From assembly GCA_050613775.1 (NCBI GenBank), contig JBODTK010000012.1, positions 372,001 to 436,000 on the forward strand: DNA of 64,000 bases. The letters run 5' to 3'. Positions 1 to 12,908 of the stretch are shown piece by piece. A model generated the notes under the pieces. It saw nothing but the letters and a program-made list of their open reading frames with translations. It was not told the origin of the DNA and ran no database searches. Position numbers and translations under genes: made by a program. Numbering within the stretch: the first letter of the stretch is position 1; each line of letters starts with the position of its first letter. This stretch comes from Neocallimastix sp. 'constans' (Eukaryota).

Positions 1-258
1 TTAATTATGTGTAATAATAATGATATTAATAATGATATTAATTTTTATATTAATTTTTTTTTATTTATAAATATTATTATTATTATCCCACAACAAATAA
101 ATGAATAAATAATATAAAAATAAATAAATAATATAATCATTAATTAAGTGTAAGAATATTAAAATTATATTTTTTTTCATTTTAAATTTATTAATGACAA
201 AAAATTTATTAATTGGTAAAATAATTTATACAATTTTTATTGGTATAAATAAATTAAA

Positions 259-289
<31 letters not shown>

Positions 290-445
290 TAAATAAAAAT
301 AAGTAATGTAATCTTAATTGGAAAAATAAATAAAAAAATATAAATATATAAATAAATTTAAATAAAAATTATTTGTTTTATCTCATTATAATAAAATATT
401 AAATCATTTTATGTTGAAATGATTATCATAATTAGGAACTAAATA

Positions 446-539
446 ATTATTGTAATATTTATATATTTAAATAATTTTATTTTAATATACTTCATTATTG
501 TAATATTTATATATTAAAATAATTTTATTTTAATATACT
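446..539. repeat. Two-copy tandem duplication, 48-bp period
   Basis: ATTATTGTAATATTTATATATT(T/A)AAATAATTTTATTTTAATATACT occurs at 446 and 494. Confidence 0.8.
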
Positions 540-955
540 ATAAGTTTAGAGCAAAATATGACTTTTCTTTCTCTAATTTGAAGTACTATTGAATAATTAT
601 CTTAATTCATAATTGAATGTAGAAATAAACATTTTGGAGATAATAATTAATTTATTTTTTCTTGGAATTTTTTTAATATTATGTTTATAAATTTAATATA
701 AATCAAAATTTATATTTCGTAATGTCAACATTCTTATTTTGAGGTAATTTTTTCAAAAACAAATTTTTTTTTTTTTTTTGGTTGAAAAAAAAAGTATAAT
801 ATTAATTTGTATATATATAATGTTAATCTATAGATTTATGTATGTATGGATAATATGGATAACTTTTACTAAAAAAAAAATATTATAAATATAAATATTT
901 ATAACATATTTACTCATATATTATCTATATGCTAATAAAATAAATATCTAAATAT

Positions 956-1000
<45 letters not shown>

Positions 1001-1295
1001 TAATGTATTTATTAATGACAGTTTAAAATTTTAATCTGTCAATAATCGATACAATATCTTTTTTTTTTTTTTTACAATATATAATGTTTTATTTAATTTA
1101 ATTTTGAAAAACTATTGTATATTATACATATATATATTAATTGTAATATTAATAATGAAATTAATAATGTATATATATATATTTTTTTTAAAAAAGAATA
1201 ATAAATAAAATCTTAAATAAATATTTATAATATAATATAATTAATATATATTACCTAAATTAGTTCTAATCTAACCGAATGAAATTTTATGATAT

Positions 1296-1333
<38 letters not shown>

Positions 1334-1975
1334 AAATAGGTTTTTAATATTTCATTAGAAAGAAATTTTATAATTTATTTATGTATTTTTTTTTTTAACT
1401 TTATTCCGTTTAATTAACATTAATTTTTATATTAAAATATAAAACAAGTAAAAGGGAAAAAGAAAAGAAACAAAAAACTAAAATTTAAAGAATAATTGTA
1501 ATGAAGTACTTATATTTTTATATATAAATAATTTTAATTATGATATCAATTAATTATCTGAAATCTTTATTATAAAAAATACAAGAGAATTATATAAAAT
1601 ATAATAATAAACAATGAATATTATATATAATGTCTATTTTTTTATTAATTTATTTTATATAAACATAAATTAATTGTTATATAATTTATATGTACATATA
1701 TTAATAATTTATATTTTATTTTCTCTTTAAAAACTTTTTATTCATTATTTTAATATTACATTTTTCTATTATATTTAATATTATTTTCGTATACTTTTTA
1801 TACTAAATATTTTCAATAGTCAATTAGTATTATAAGAATATTTTTATATATTAATTTAAAAGGGTATACCTATTAAGAAAAAAAAAAAACATTTCATTAT
1901 ATGAAAATAATTAATATTTTAATTTCATAAACTTTGTTTAATATATAAAAAAAAAGTTATTTTCAAATAACAGCC

Positions 1976-2011
<36 letters not shown>

Positions 2012-5000
2012 CATGATATTAATTTTTTTATAAACATTTAATGTATTTATAAAACATGAAGACTAAAAATTCCAAGAAATTTACAATTATTGTATTTAAT
2101 AGAATAATTTAAAAGCTCTTGTATTCATATCAAAATTTATTATATTGAACCAATAAATTGGATGATGATTTTATGATGATGGCCTAAAAAAAATATATCC
2201 TATTTATATATATATACATATCAAAATACAAAAATAAAATATTTATTTTTTAAATAATAATTATTTAGAATGTAATAATATTAATAATTTATAACATAAT
2301 TGACATAACAATAAAAAAAAAATATTTTAATGAATATTTTAATAAACAAATAGTTATTTGTATTCTATATTATATACACATTTCAAAAAAGAAATCCTTA
2401 AAAGATTTTCTTTAGAACTGTTAATGTTTTTAATTATTAAAATTTTTGTAATTCATACCAATAAAAAGTTTTTTTTAATTTTATTTTAACAATTTTCTTT
2501 GATATCATTACTTTTTAAATAATTTAAAATTAAAAATTTTAACATTAATATTATAATTAATTAAATAAATATAATAACTTTTTTGGTTATTTACTTTTAT
2601 ATTTCATTCATTTATTTAATTTAGGATAATAATAATATAATTATTGCTATTATTAATAAAATTATTAATATAATTATTAATATAATTATTAAACATCATT
2701 ACACAGATTTAATATAGTTTGTACCAAACTATTTTTTTTTTTTTTGTTTTATAAAATAAATTAAAAGTATACCAGCAATAAAATTAAATTAATATAAATA
2801 TAATTTTATATATACATTAATATAAACATTATTAATAAGTATTAATTTTATTTTTAAATGTACTAAAAATAACTTTTGTAATTATTTATATGGTATAATT
2901 ATATAAAGTTTTTTTTTGTAAACTTTATATTAATGGTTTACATATTCATTTATACATTTATATATCTTTCCATTTTTTTTTTTTTTTTGGTATATATAAA
3001 AATTAATGGCAAAAAAAACAAATTTTTTATTATCATAATATTAATCTTTTTCCAAGAAATCTTTAAAAGCAGTATTAGGTATTGAAATAAAAATTAAAAT
3101 ATCATTTTACAAAACTTCAAACTTTTATTATTATTAACATCATAAATAAATATATATAAATAAATATTTAATATTTGCGATATTTCAATAAATATTAATA
3201 AATTTTAAGACATTTTAATATAATATATAAATTAAAACATTATAAAATTGTTAACAATGGATAATTAAATATATATATAAGTGAATATATATATTCAAAA
3301 TTTTGAAAATATATATTTATATATATATTTATATATATATATATATATAATAGGTACGTATTAAATATATATTCACATTTCTCAAAAATATCAATAAAAA
3401 AATATTTTATTACAATAAAATATATTTTTATTATTAAAATAAACTAATAAATGCTTAAAGATTTATATTAAAAGATTTAATTAATATCATAAACTTTATT
3501 TTATAAAAAATATTGAAAGAGCCAACAAAACTAATCATTATATTAAAATTTGTATTGATATTTTTTTTTTTTTTGAATATTGACATTTAAAACGACAGAT
3601 AAAAAAAATAAATAAAACATATATATATTATAAATATAATTTTATAAAATTATTGAGCATAAAAGACATAAATTTTTTCTTCTTATGTTGAATTTTCACT
3701 TCAAATCCAATTATTGTAAATAATTATATATAGGTTTTTTAAATTAATTTTTAAATATTTTTTTCACTGGTTGAAAATAAATTTAATTATAACAATTAAT
3801 AAATTAAAGAATTAAAGTTTTATTTTTTTTAATAAATTTATATATTGCATATATAAATATAAATATAATAAAAAAATTAAATATTTACATTGCAATTTTA
3901 TACGCATCCTTAGTATAATTAGTAATAATATTATTAGTAATGATTATTAATATCTGTTTTTCTTCATTTGATTTAAATCTATTTAATATATTTTGGGATA
4001 TATCATTTTTAATTAATTAAATAATAAAAAGACTATAGCCAATATTAAAAATTCTATATTAATTTTTGTTCATTGTTATAAATCTATATGATAAAAATAC
4101 TTTATTCTTCATTATATATAAGTCTTTTTAGAATAGTTGTAATATAATTTAAAAATTTTTTATATAAAAAATTACATAAATTTTAATTTTAATATTAAAA
4201 AGATTTAATTTATTAAAATATCTATAATTTATATTTAAAAATTTTATTTTTTTGTGATAATAATATTAAATATTTATATTTAATTTATTTTAAAACAGGT
4301 TTAATTTATAATAGTAATTTTATTATATTTTATAACAACTAAAATATGTCCTTTAAATTTTAAAAAAAAAAAACAGAAAAACAGAGAAACAAAAAAAAAA
4401 AAAAAAAAGATTGTAATAATTTTTATTTAAATAAGATTAACTTTTGAGTAAAATATTTGAAAAATTTTTAATATAAATAATATAATGATAATACGATTAT
4501 TAATTATTATTAAAATAATATTAAAATAAAATAAAATAAAAACATATATATTATAAATATATATATCACGATTTAATGATTTTATTTATTTTTTCTTTTT
4601 AAATATAATAATTTATAATTATATTTTTGTAGACTGTAATATTTATATATTATTATATTTTAAGGCACATAAATATTAATATTTTTTTATTTTTGTTAAC
4701 ATTTTTGACAAATTAAAAGAATAATTTTCATTTTAAACTTTACATATAAAAAAAATTTATATATATATATAATATATTTGTCAACCATAAAAAAATTAAT
4801 ATCATAAACTTTATTAAATAAAGAAAAATTCAACAACCAACAGTAACTAACGGCATATATATATGTATAAATATATATATATTTGAAATTTTAAAAAAAT
4901 ATAAAAGAAGAAAATTTTCATTCTATTTTTTATACTTCACCTTATATTAATTAATTATTGTATATTAATATTTTAAAAACTTTTTATAATTTTTTCACTG

Positions 5001-5148
5001 GTTGAAAATAATTTTAATTAAAATAAAAATTTTATAAATATATTTAAAATTTGTATAAGATAAATATTTATATATTGAATATATAAATAATTCTATTTTG
5101 TAAATTATACTTTTAAATTTACTTGTATAATATTTGTGGTATAACAAA

Positions 5149-8100
5149 ATGAAATCATTTAAATCAATTAATTTTATATTTTCTATCATTGCTGCTAGTG
5201 GTCTTGTCAGTGCTCAAAGTTTTTGTAGTTCAGCTTCTCACTCTGGTGAAAGTGTTACTAATTACAGTAATACTGTAAGCACTATTGGAAATGTAGGTTA
5301 TGAACTCTGGGCTGATAGTGGTGAAAATAGTGCCACTTTCTATTCTGATGGTTCTTTCTCTTGTTCTTTCAAGAATGCTGGTGATTATTTATGTCGTGCT
5401 GGTCTTTCTTTCGATTCTACTCAATCTCATCAACAAATTGGTCATATGTATGCTGATTTCAAACTTGTCAAACAAAATATTGCCAATGTTGATTATTCAT
5501 TTGTTGGTGTTTATGGTTGGACCAGACAACCACTTGTTGAATATTATATTGTTGATAACTGGCTCAGTCAATATCGTCCAGGTGAATGGGTTGGTGATAC
5601 TAATCTTGGTGATCATGTTATTGATGGTGCTGAATACACTGTTTATAAAAACACTCGTACTGGACCTTCTATTGATGGAGATACTACTTTCACTCAATAT
5701 TTCAGTATTCGTAAAGAAGCTCGTGATTGTGGTACCATTGATATTTCAGCCCACTTTGATCAATGGGAAAAACTTGGAATGAAACTTGGAGTTATGCATG
5801 AAGCTAAAGTTTTAGGAGAAGCAGGTAGTAACAATGGAGGTACTAGTGGTACCGCTGATTTCCCATATGCTAAAGTTTATATTGGTAATTCACAAAGTCA
5901 AGCTCCAGCTCAAGAACCAGTTCAAGCTCCAGCTCCAGCTCAACAAGCTCCAGCTCAAGAACCAGTTCAAGCTCAAGAACCAGTTCAAGCTCAAGCTCCA
6001 GCTCAAGAACCAGTTCAAGCTCAAGAACCAGTTCAAGCTCAAGCTCCAGCTCAAGAACAAGCTCCAGCTCCAGCTCCAGTTGCCGCTTCTGCTGGATCTG
6101 ATTTTTGTAGTTCAGCTAATCACTCTGGTGAAAGTGTTATTAATTACAGTAATATTGTAAGCACTATTGGAAATGTAGGTTATGAACTCTGGGCTGATAG
6201 TGGTGAAAATAGTGCCACTTTCTATTCCGATGGTTCTTTCTCTTGTTCTTTCAAGAATGCTGGTGATTATTTATGTCGTGCTGGTCTTTCTTTCGATTCT
6301 ACTCAATCTCATCAACAAATTGGTCATATGTATGCTGATTTCAAACTTGTCAAACAAAATATTGCCAATGTTGATTATTCATTTGTTGGTGTTTATGGTT
6401 GGACCAGACAACCACTTGTTGAATATTATATTGTTGATAACTGGCTCAGTCAATATCGTCCAGGTGAATGGGTTGGTGATACTAATCTTGGTGATCATGT
6501 TATTGATGGTGCTGAATACACTGTTTATAAAAACACTCGTACTGGACCTTCTATTGATGGAGATACTACTTTCACTCAATATTTCAGTATTCGTAAAGAA
6601 GCTCGTGATTGTGGTACCATTGATATTTCAGCCCACTTTGATCAATGGGAAAAACTTGGAATGAAACTTGGAGTTATGCATGAAGCTAAAGTTTTAGGAG
6701 AAGCAGGTAGTAACAATGGAGGTACTAGTGGTACCGCTGATTTCCCATATGCTAAAGTTTATATTGGTAATTCACAAAGTCAAGCTCCAGCTCAAGAACC
6801 AGTTCAAGCTCCAGCTCCAGCTCAACAAGCTCCAGCTCAAGAACCAGTTCAAGCTCAAGAACCAGTTCAAGCTCAAGCTCCAGCTCAAGAACCAGTTCAA
6901 GCTCAAGAACCAGTTCAAGCTCAAGCTCCAGCTCAAGAACAAGCTCCAGCTCCAGCTCCAGTTGCCGCTTCTGCTGGATCTGATTTTTGTAGTTCAGCTA
7001 ATCACTCTGGTGAAAGTGTTACTAATTACAGTAATACTGTAAGCACTATTGGAAATGTAGGTTATGAACTCTGGGCTGATAGTGGTGAAAATAGTGCCAC
7101 TTTCTATTCCGATGGTTCTTTCTCTTGTTCTTTCAAGAATGCTGGTGATTATTTATGTCGTGCTGGTCTTTCTTTCGATTCTACTCAATCTCATCAACAA
7201 ATTGGTCATATGTATGCTGATTTCAAACTTGTCAAACAAAATATTGCCAATGTTGATTATTCATTTGTTGGTGTTTATGGTTGGACCAGACAACCACTTG
7301 TTGAATATTATATTGTTGATAACTGGCTCAGTCAATATCGTCCAGGTGAATGGGTTGGTGATACTAATCTTGGTGATCATGTTATTGATGGTGCTGAATA
7401 CACTGTTTATAAAAACACTCGTACTGGACCTTCTATTGATGGAGATACTACTTTCACTCAATATTTCAGTATTCGTAAAGAAGCTCGTGATTGTGGTACC
7501 ATTGATATTTCAGCCCACTTTGATCAATGGGAAAAACTTGGAATGAAACTTGGAGTTATGCATGAAGCTAAAGTTTTAGGAGAAGCAGGTAGTAACAATG
7601 GAGGTACTAGTGGTACCGCTGATTTCCCATATGCTAAAGTTTATATTGGTAATTCTCAAGCTCAAGCTCCAGCTGCTGCTCCAGCCCCAGCTCAAGAACA
7701 AGCTCCAGCTCAAGAACCAGTTCAAGCTCAACAACCAGCTCCAGCTCCAGCTACAGCTCAATCTCAATATCCAAAGGGTTCAGGATTCCAATTCTATACT
7801 CAATGTGTTAATCCAAAGAATTGGGCTATGACTTATGATGATGGTCCAACTGAATTTGCTGATGCTATTTTAGATCTTTTAAAGGAAAAGGGTGTTAAGG
7901 CTACTTTCTTTGTTCTTGGTAAATTCTATATGGATAGTACTGATCCAGAATGGGCAAGAATTATTAAGAGAATGGATAGTGAAGGTCATATTGTTGGTAC
8001 TCACACTTTCTCTCATCAAGATTTAACTCAATTAAGTTATGATCAAATCATTGATGAAATGAATAAAATTACCGAAGCTGTTGAAAAGGTTATTGGAAAG

Positions 8101-8427
8101 AAACCAGCCTTCATGCGTCCACCATATGGATCTGGTAGAGGTAATCAAACTGTTATGAGTGCTCTTCAAGGTCTTGGCTATACTGCAGCTATCACATGGA
8201 ATGTTGATCCAATGGATTACAGTAATGGAGGAGATATTGATTATGCTGTTAGTGCGATTAAACAAACCATTGGTAATCCAATTATTACATTAAATCACTT
8301 AAAATATGAAGGATCATCTCTTGATGGTATTTTAGCCTTAGCTAAAGCTGAAATTGATACTTTATTAAACAGTGGATACACTTCAGTTACCATGGAGGAA
8401 TGTCTTGGAATGAGTGCCTATCAGTAA
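5149..8427 (+). CDS. Secreted multimodular enzyme: 3x GH11 endo-1,4-beta-xylanase plus C-terminal CE4 (NodB-type polysaccharide deacetylase / putative acetylxylan esterase)
   Basis: ATG at 5149 begins a signal peptide (MKSFKSINFIFSIIAASGLVSA). Three GH11 domains each carry YGWT..PLVEYYIVD and EAKVLGEAG (both catalytic Glu) and are separated by Q/A/P/E linkers. CE4 motifs are TYDDGP, HTFSH, MRPPYG, DPMDY and TLNH. Intronless. Confidence 0.95.
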   Translation: MKSFKSINFIFSIIAASGLVSAQSFCSSASHSGESVTNYSNTVSTIGNVGYELWADSGENSATFYSDGSFSCSFKNAGDYLCRAGLSFDSTQSHQQIGHMYADFKLVKQNIANVDYSFVGVYGWTRQPLVEYYIVDNWLSQYRPGEWVGDTNLGDHVIDGAEYTVYKNTRTGPSIDGDTTFTQYFSIRKEARDCGTIDISAHFDQWEKLGMKLGVMHEAKVLGEAGSNNGGTSGTADFPYAKVYIGNSQSQAPAQEPVQAPAPAQQAPAQEPVQAQEPVQAQAPAQEPVQAQEPVQAQAPAQEQAPAPAPVAASAGSDFCSSANHSGESVINYSNIVSTIGNVGYELWADSGENSATFYSDGSFSCSFKNAGDYLCRAGLSFDSTQSHQQIGHMYADFKLVKQNIANVDYSFVGVYGWTRQPLVEYYIVDNWLSQYRPGEWVGDTNLGDHVIDGAEYTVYKNTRTGPSIDGDTTFTQYFSIRKEARDCGTIDISAHFDQWEKLGMKLGVMHEAKVLGEAGSNNGGTSGTADFPYAKVYIGNSQSQAPAQEPVQAPAPAQQAPAQEPVQAQEPVQAQAPAQEPVQAQEPVQAQAPAQEQAPAPAPVAASAGSDFCSSANHSGESVTNYSNTVSTIGNVGYELWADSGENSATFYSDGSFSCSFKNAGDYLCRAGLSFDSTQSHQQIGHMYADFKLVKQNIANVDYSFVGVYGWTRQPLVEYYIVDNWLSQYRPGEWVGDTNLGDHVIDGAEYTVYKNTRTGPSIDGDTTFTQYFSIRKEARDCGTIDISAHFDQWEKLGMKLGVMHEAKVLGEAGSNNGGTSGTADFPYAKVYIGNSQAQAPAAAPAPAQEQAPAQEPVQAQQPAPAPATAQSQYPKGSGFQFYTQCVNPKNWAMTYDDGPTEFADAILDLLKEKGVKATFFVLGKFYMDSTDPEWARIIKRMDSEGHIVGTHTFSHQDLTQLSYDQIIDEMNKITEAVEKVIGKKPAFMRPPYGSGRGNQTVMSALQGLGYTAAITWNVDPMDYSNGGDIDYAVSAIKQTIGNPIITLNHLKYEGSSLDGILALAKAEIDTLLNSGYTSVTMEECLGMSAYQ
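5220..7654 (+). repeat. Intragenic tandem triplication, 882-bp period (GH11 + linker)
   Basis: The same sequence recurs at 882-bp offsets (shadow ORFs start at 5300, 6182 and 7064). Only a few substitutions separate the copies. Confidence 0.95.
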
Positions 8428-9968
8428 ATTCAATAAAAATATATAAAGAGATATTTTTTAATAATATATTAATAATATAGGAAATATTCTTTTATATAAT
8501 TTCTTTACTAATAATTTTATGTTAATATTATTTAGAAATTAAATTTATTTTTGTTTATATATGAAAAATTAATTATATTTTTACTTTTTGTATATATCAT
8601 TTATATTTATTAAAATAATTAAAAAATACAAAAATAATAATTATAGATATTATGTAGTTAAATAATAAACTATAATAAAATTAAACAATAATAAACTTTA
8701 AAAATTTAATTTAATAAAAAAAAAAATTATTAAATAAATATTTTTTTATTATTTATCAACTTTTATATCAATATTATTAATTATACGAATATTATAAAAC
8801 AAAATTTTCATTAAATACTTTTATTTTTATAATTTTTATTAATATCTTTTATATCTTAAAACAAAAAAAAGGATGTTTTAATTATAAATTTAATTTAAAG
8901 TTTTATTAAACTTATAATTTTTATATTAATATTAAAAAATTTTTTTTAAATAATATTTCATTTAATAATTATAAGAAATTTAAAGAATATTTTATTTATA
9001 CTTTTTAAGATATATATATATTTAATTTTTAACTATTTATTTTATTTTATTAAATACTTTTTATAAATTTCGAGAATATTTTATTTTATATATATATGAA
9101 GTAGAAAATGAAAAAGCCTATTAATTATTCCCTTTATGTTTTCTAAATTTTCTTATACACTTCACTTCTTTAATCATTTCTGCATTTATGCGAATCTCTC
9201 TCGGAACAAGATAAAATCATTCTTAACAGTTTATTAGGGACCTGTATCATTGATTTTCTGAACATTCATTATAAATTATAATAAATTTTTAAAATTACAT
9301 AGAAAATTATTATTATTATTATATTATTATTAATATAAAAATACCACCTATTTAAGAATTAATTGTACTTGTTAGGTCACCTTAATTTCTTATTTAACTT
9401 TTTCAATCATGTTATATGAATACTTTAAGAAAAATAAAATATATAAAAAATAAAAATAAATAGTGTGACGTGACACTAAAAATTATTTTAAATTAGATTC
9501 TAGAATTTATTTATTTAATTTTTTTGTTATTTATATAATGTATTATATTTATTGATTTGTTTTATATACTTATATATATTTTTATTAATTAAATAAAATT
9601 ATATATTTATTAAATTTATTATTATTATATTTATTATTATTATTAACTCCTAACCCCTAGTAACATAATGAAAATTTTACTATATAAAGAGCAAAAGAAT
9701 AGGTGCCCTTTTATGTTCTTTGAAAAATTATAATTATAGATTTTTATAAATTATACAATAAAACGAAAATTAATAAATAATAAAACTTTATAAAAAAAAA
9801 GAATATAAAAAATTTTAAATTATTGTAATAAAAAAAAAAACAAAAACAAAAAAGCAAAAACAAACAAATAATCAATAAATAGGATAAATATAAGAAAACT
9901 TTAGTAAATAATATAAAAGTAATCAAAGAACAGTAAAAAAATAAAAAAAAAAAATTTAAAAATTAAAA

Positions 9969-10857
9969 ATGAAAAGTCAAAATTCAATTTTATATAGAAT
10001 TATATTATTTTTCATACTTTTGAATTTAATCTCTGGTAAAAGTATTTTTGAAAACTCAAAATTTACTCCTGCTTCAAATATTACTCTTAGTTCAATAAAA
10101 AATGTAGAAATGTAAACAATTTTTAATTAATTATTATTTTACAATAATATTAAATAAAAAATGAAATTTCAAAAAAAAAAAAAAAAAAAAAAAAACTTTT
10201 TTATTTTTTATTTCTTATAATTATTTTATGTAATTTTTCTAAAATATGAAATAATTTATTTATTATGTTTATATATTTATATGAATATTATATAGTAAAA
10301 CTTCTTGCCAATCTATTTCTGATTGCTCAGAAGGTGCTTTGGAATGCAGAAAGGATAACAATGGAAATAATTCTATTTGTATTTATCCTGAATATATATG
10401 TTCTAATGCTGAAACGTGTTACCTTTTGGATAAGAGTATTGATAAAACTATTTTTGATAATACTACCCCTGTTAGCTGTACCAGTAATGATGAATGCATT
10501 TCGAATCAGTGTACTTCGGGTCAATGCCAAGTAAATTTAAATTCACCAAATGTTTTATGCACTGTTGATAATTCTAAATATCAATGTAATAAATTAACAG
10601 GTGAAGAAAAAGTCAGTAATAAAACTTCAGAAAAACAAGAGGAAAAGAATGATGATTCATCATCTTCAAATATCACTTTATATATTATTATTGGCATTGG
10701 AATTATTGTTGGTGCAGTAATAATAGGTATTGTTATTAGAGTCTGTTATGAAAGTGCTCAATATTTGGAAGAAGATCCAGATATTAAAGAATTTAGAAAA
10801 GAAAATAAATTAAAATTAGGAGACTCAGTAGTAATTAGCACTTTAGCTTTAGCTTAA
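9969..10857 (+). CDS. Cys-rich type I membrane protein (~234 aa); exons 9969-10111 and 10296-10857
   Basis: Exon 1 encodes a signal peptide (MKSQNSILYRIILFFILLNLISG). The GT-AG intron 10112-10295 joins in frame to the 10339-10857 ORF. Features are a Cys-rich ectodomain (CQSISDC, CTSNDECISNQCTSGQC), a TM helix (ITLYIIIGIGIIVGAVIIGIVI) and a short cytosolic tail. Confidence 0.8.
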
Positions 10858-10958
10858 TTTATAATTACAATATAATAATTGAATTTTTTTGTATTTTTTT
10901 ATTTACCTTCTATGAATAATGAATGTAAAAATAAAGTTTAAAAATATAATAAATAAAT

Positions 10959-11094
10959 AAAAATAAAAATAAAAATAAAAATAAAAATAAAAATAAAAAT
11001 AAAAATAAAAATAAAAATAAAAATAAAAATAAAAATAAAAATAAAAATAAAAATAAAAATAAAAATAAAAATAAAAATAAAAATAAAAATAAAA
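10959..11094. repeat. (AAAAAT)n microsatellite
   Basis: Hexamer array seen directly. Confidence 0.95.
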
Positions 11095-11261
11095 CCAGAA
11101 TAGTATTTTATTATAATTGTTTATTGTATATTTTATTATTAAACAGTTTTAATTGATAATTAAGATAAAAAAGAAAGGTTATTTATGTATATTATTTTGT
11201 AAGAAATATGGTTTTGAAAAATTGATAAAAAGAGGGGAAATGATAGTTAAATGGATTGTTT

Positions 11262-11262
<1 letters not shown>

Positions 11263-11345
<83 letters not shown>
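11263..11345. repeat. (AAAT)n microsatellite
   Basis: Tetramer array seen directly. Confidence 0.95.
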
Positions 11346-12221
11346 CTAAAAATAAATACATAAGAAAAATTATTTAATAAAGAATAAAAAATAAGTGAAA
11401 AATTATTAATTTATTTATTGCGTTTATTTTAAATGAAATGTTATTAAAGTTTTTAAAGAGAAGATTGATATTTAATTAAAGAAAATATTTATTTTTTTTT
11501 AAAATTAATTTATAATAAATAAAAAAAATATTTTCAATGATTTTATAATTTTTTTTCATTTAAATAAAAGTTGTATTTTCTTTTTGTTTGAAGTAAAAAT
11601 ATATATGAGAGCTTTTTTTTTTTTTTTTTTAATTTTTTATTTTTTATGCTATATATATATATTCTATTTAAATAAAAAATAAAGGTATTGAATAATTTTT
11701 TAAAATAATATAATATTATATTTATTATATTAATCTTAAATTATTACTATTATCTATTAAATATTATTCTTAACTAAATATTATATATTTATATATTATG
11801 AATAGTTTTAAAAATAATTGTATTAAGTTCTATTCACTATAATACTCATATACATGTATTTATTGATATTCATTAATAAAATTTTTTATTATTTTTTTTA
11901 TATATAATTTTCAATATTATAATTACATATATATATAGGTGAGATTTAAAACATGTTAATTAGGATTTTAAGTGATTAAGTTGAAGCAACGAATTAAATA
12001 TTTAATATTGTCAATTTTTTATTATAGGGAAAAAAGATACAGATTCGAATGATAATTTTCATCCACATGGAGTTATCTTCGATGAATGGGAAGAGTTAGA
12101 GGCCTTTTCGTCCTCGAATCTCATAACGTAGTTTTTTAATATTAATATAAAAAATAATTTCATGTATTTAAATTTCATGTATTTTTTAAAAAAAATATTA
12201 TTAAATAAAGTTTATTCCTAG

Positions 12222-12265
<44 letters not shown>

Positions 12266-12272
12266 AAAAAAG

Positions 12273-12305
<33 letters not shown>

Positions 12306-12908
12306 TTTATAACATTCGTTACATTTTCAACAAGGAATTAATATTAATATAATAATAACTATATCATAGTTCAATGGAAATATGTTCAAATAGATTATAA
12401 AGCATTAATTAATAAGGATTTATTATATGAAACATATTTATTATATATAAAATATTTATTATATATAAAGTGTTTATTATAAACTTAATGTCTAAATAAA
12501 TATTCTTTAATAAATATATTTTAATGTTATAAAATATTCCTCTAATAGGTATATTAAACCTGGCTTTAAAAAGAACACTTTTATTTAAAGAATTTTTTAT
12601 ATGAAAATTACATATTTCTATAATAAAATAGTATTTAATTTTATTTTATTAATATTTTAGATTTCCTGTAAATTAATTAAATTATCGGCATACAGAACGA
12701 TTATGATTGGATTTAAAATATATCAAATTATTATATTTAAAGTTTTTGTTTTATGTTAAGTATTATTAAAGTATTTTAATAATAATGAAAATATTATTAC
12801 CATATTTAAAATTAATGTAAAGTTCAATGTAGATTCTTTTAAAAAATTTTTTATTTTATTTTATTATTATTATTTTTTTTTTTATAGTGAGGTGAGAGAC
12901 AAAGAAAC

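Noticed and set aside
5134..5148. TTG start given by the ORF track
   Set aside because: This is a eukaryotic gene; the ATG at 5149 has A-rich context and begins the signal peptide.
5899..6078. Short regular repeats resembling a CRISPR array
   Set aside because: They are in-frame codon repeats for the QAPAQEPV linker, with no unique spacers or cas genes.
5300..8265. Alternative-frame and antisense ORFs within the xylanase gene
   Set aside because: Shadow ORFs caused by codon bias and repeated with the 882-bp unit.
9120..9270. Slightly GC-richer patch with short minus-strand frames
   Set aside because: Frames under 30 codons with no recognisable motif.
9461..9503. Near-palindrome TAGTGTGACGTGACACTA followed by CTAG (Helitron-like 3' end)
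   Set aside because: The spacing to CTAG is about 20 nt and no other element evidence exists. It could equally be a promoter site or chance.
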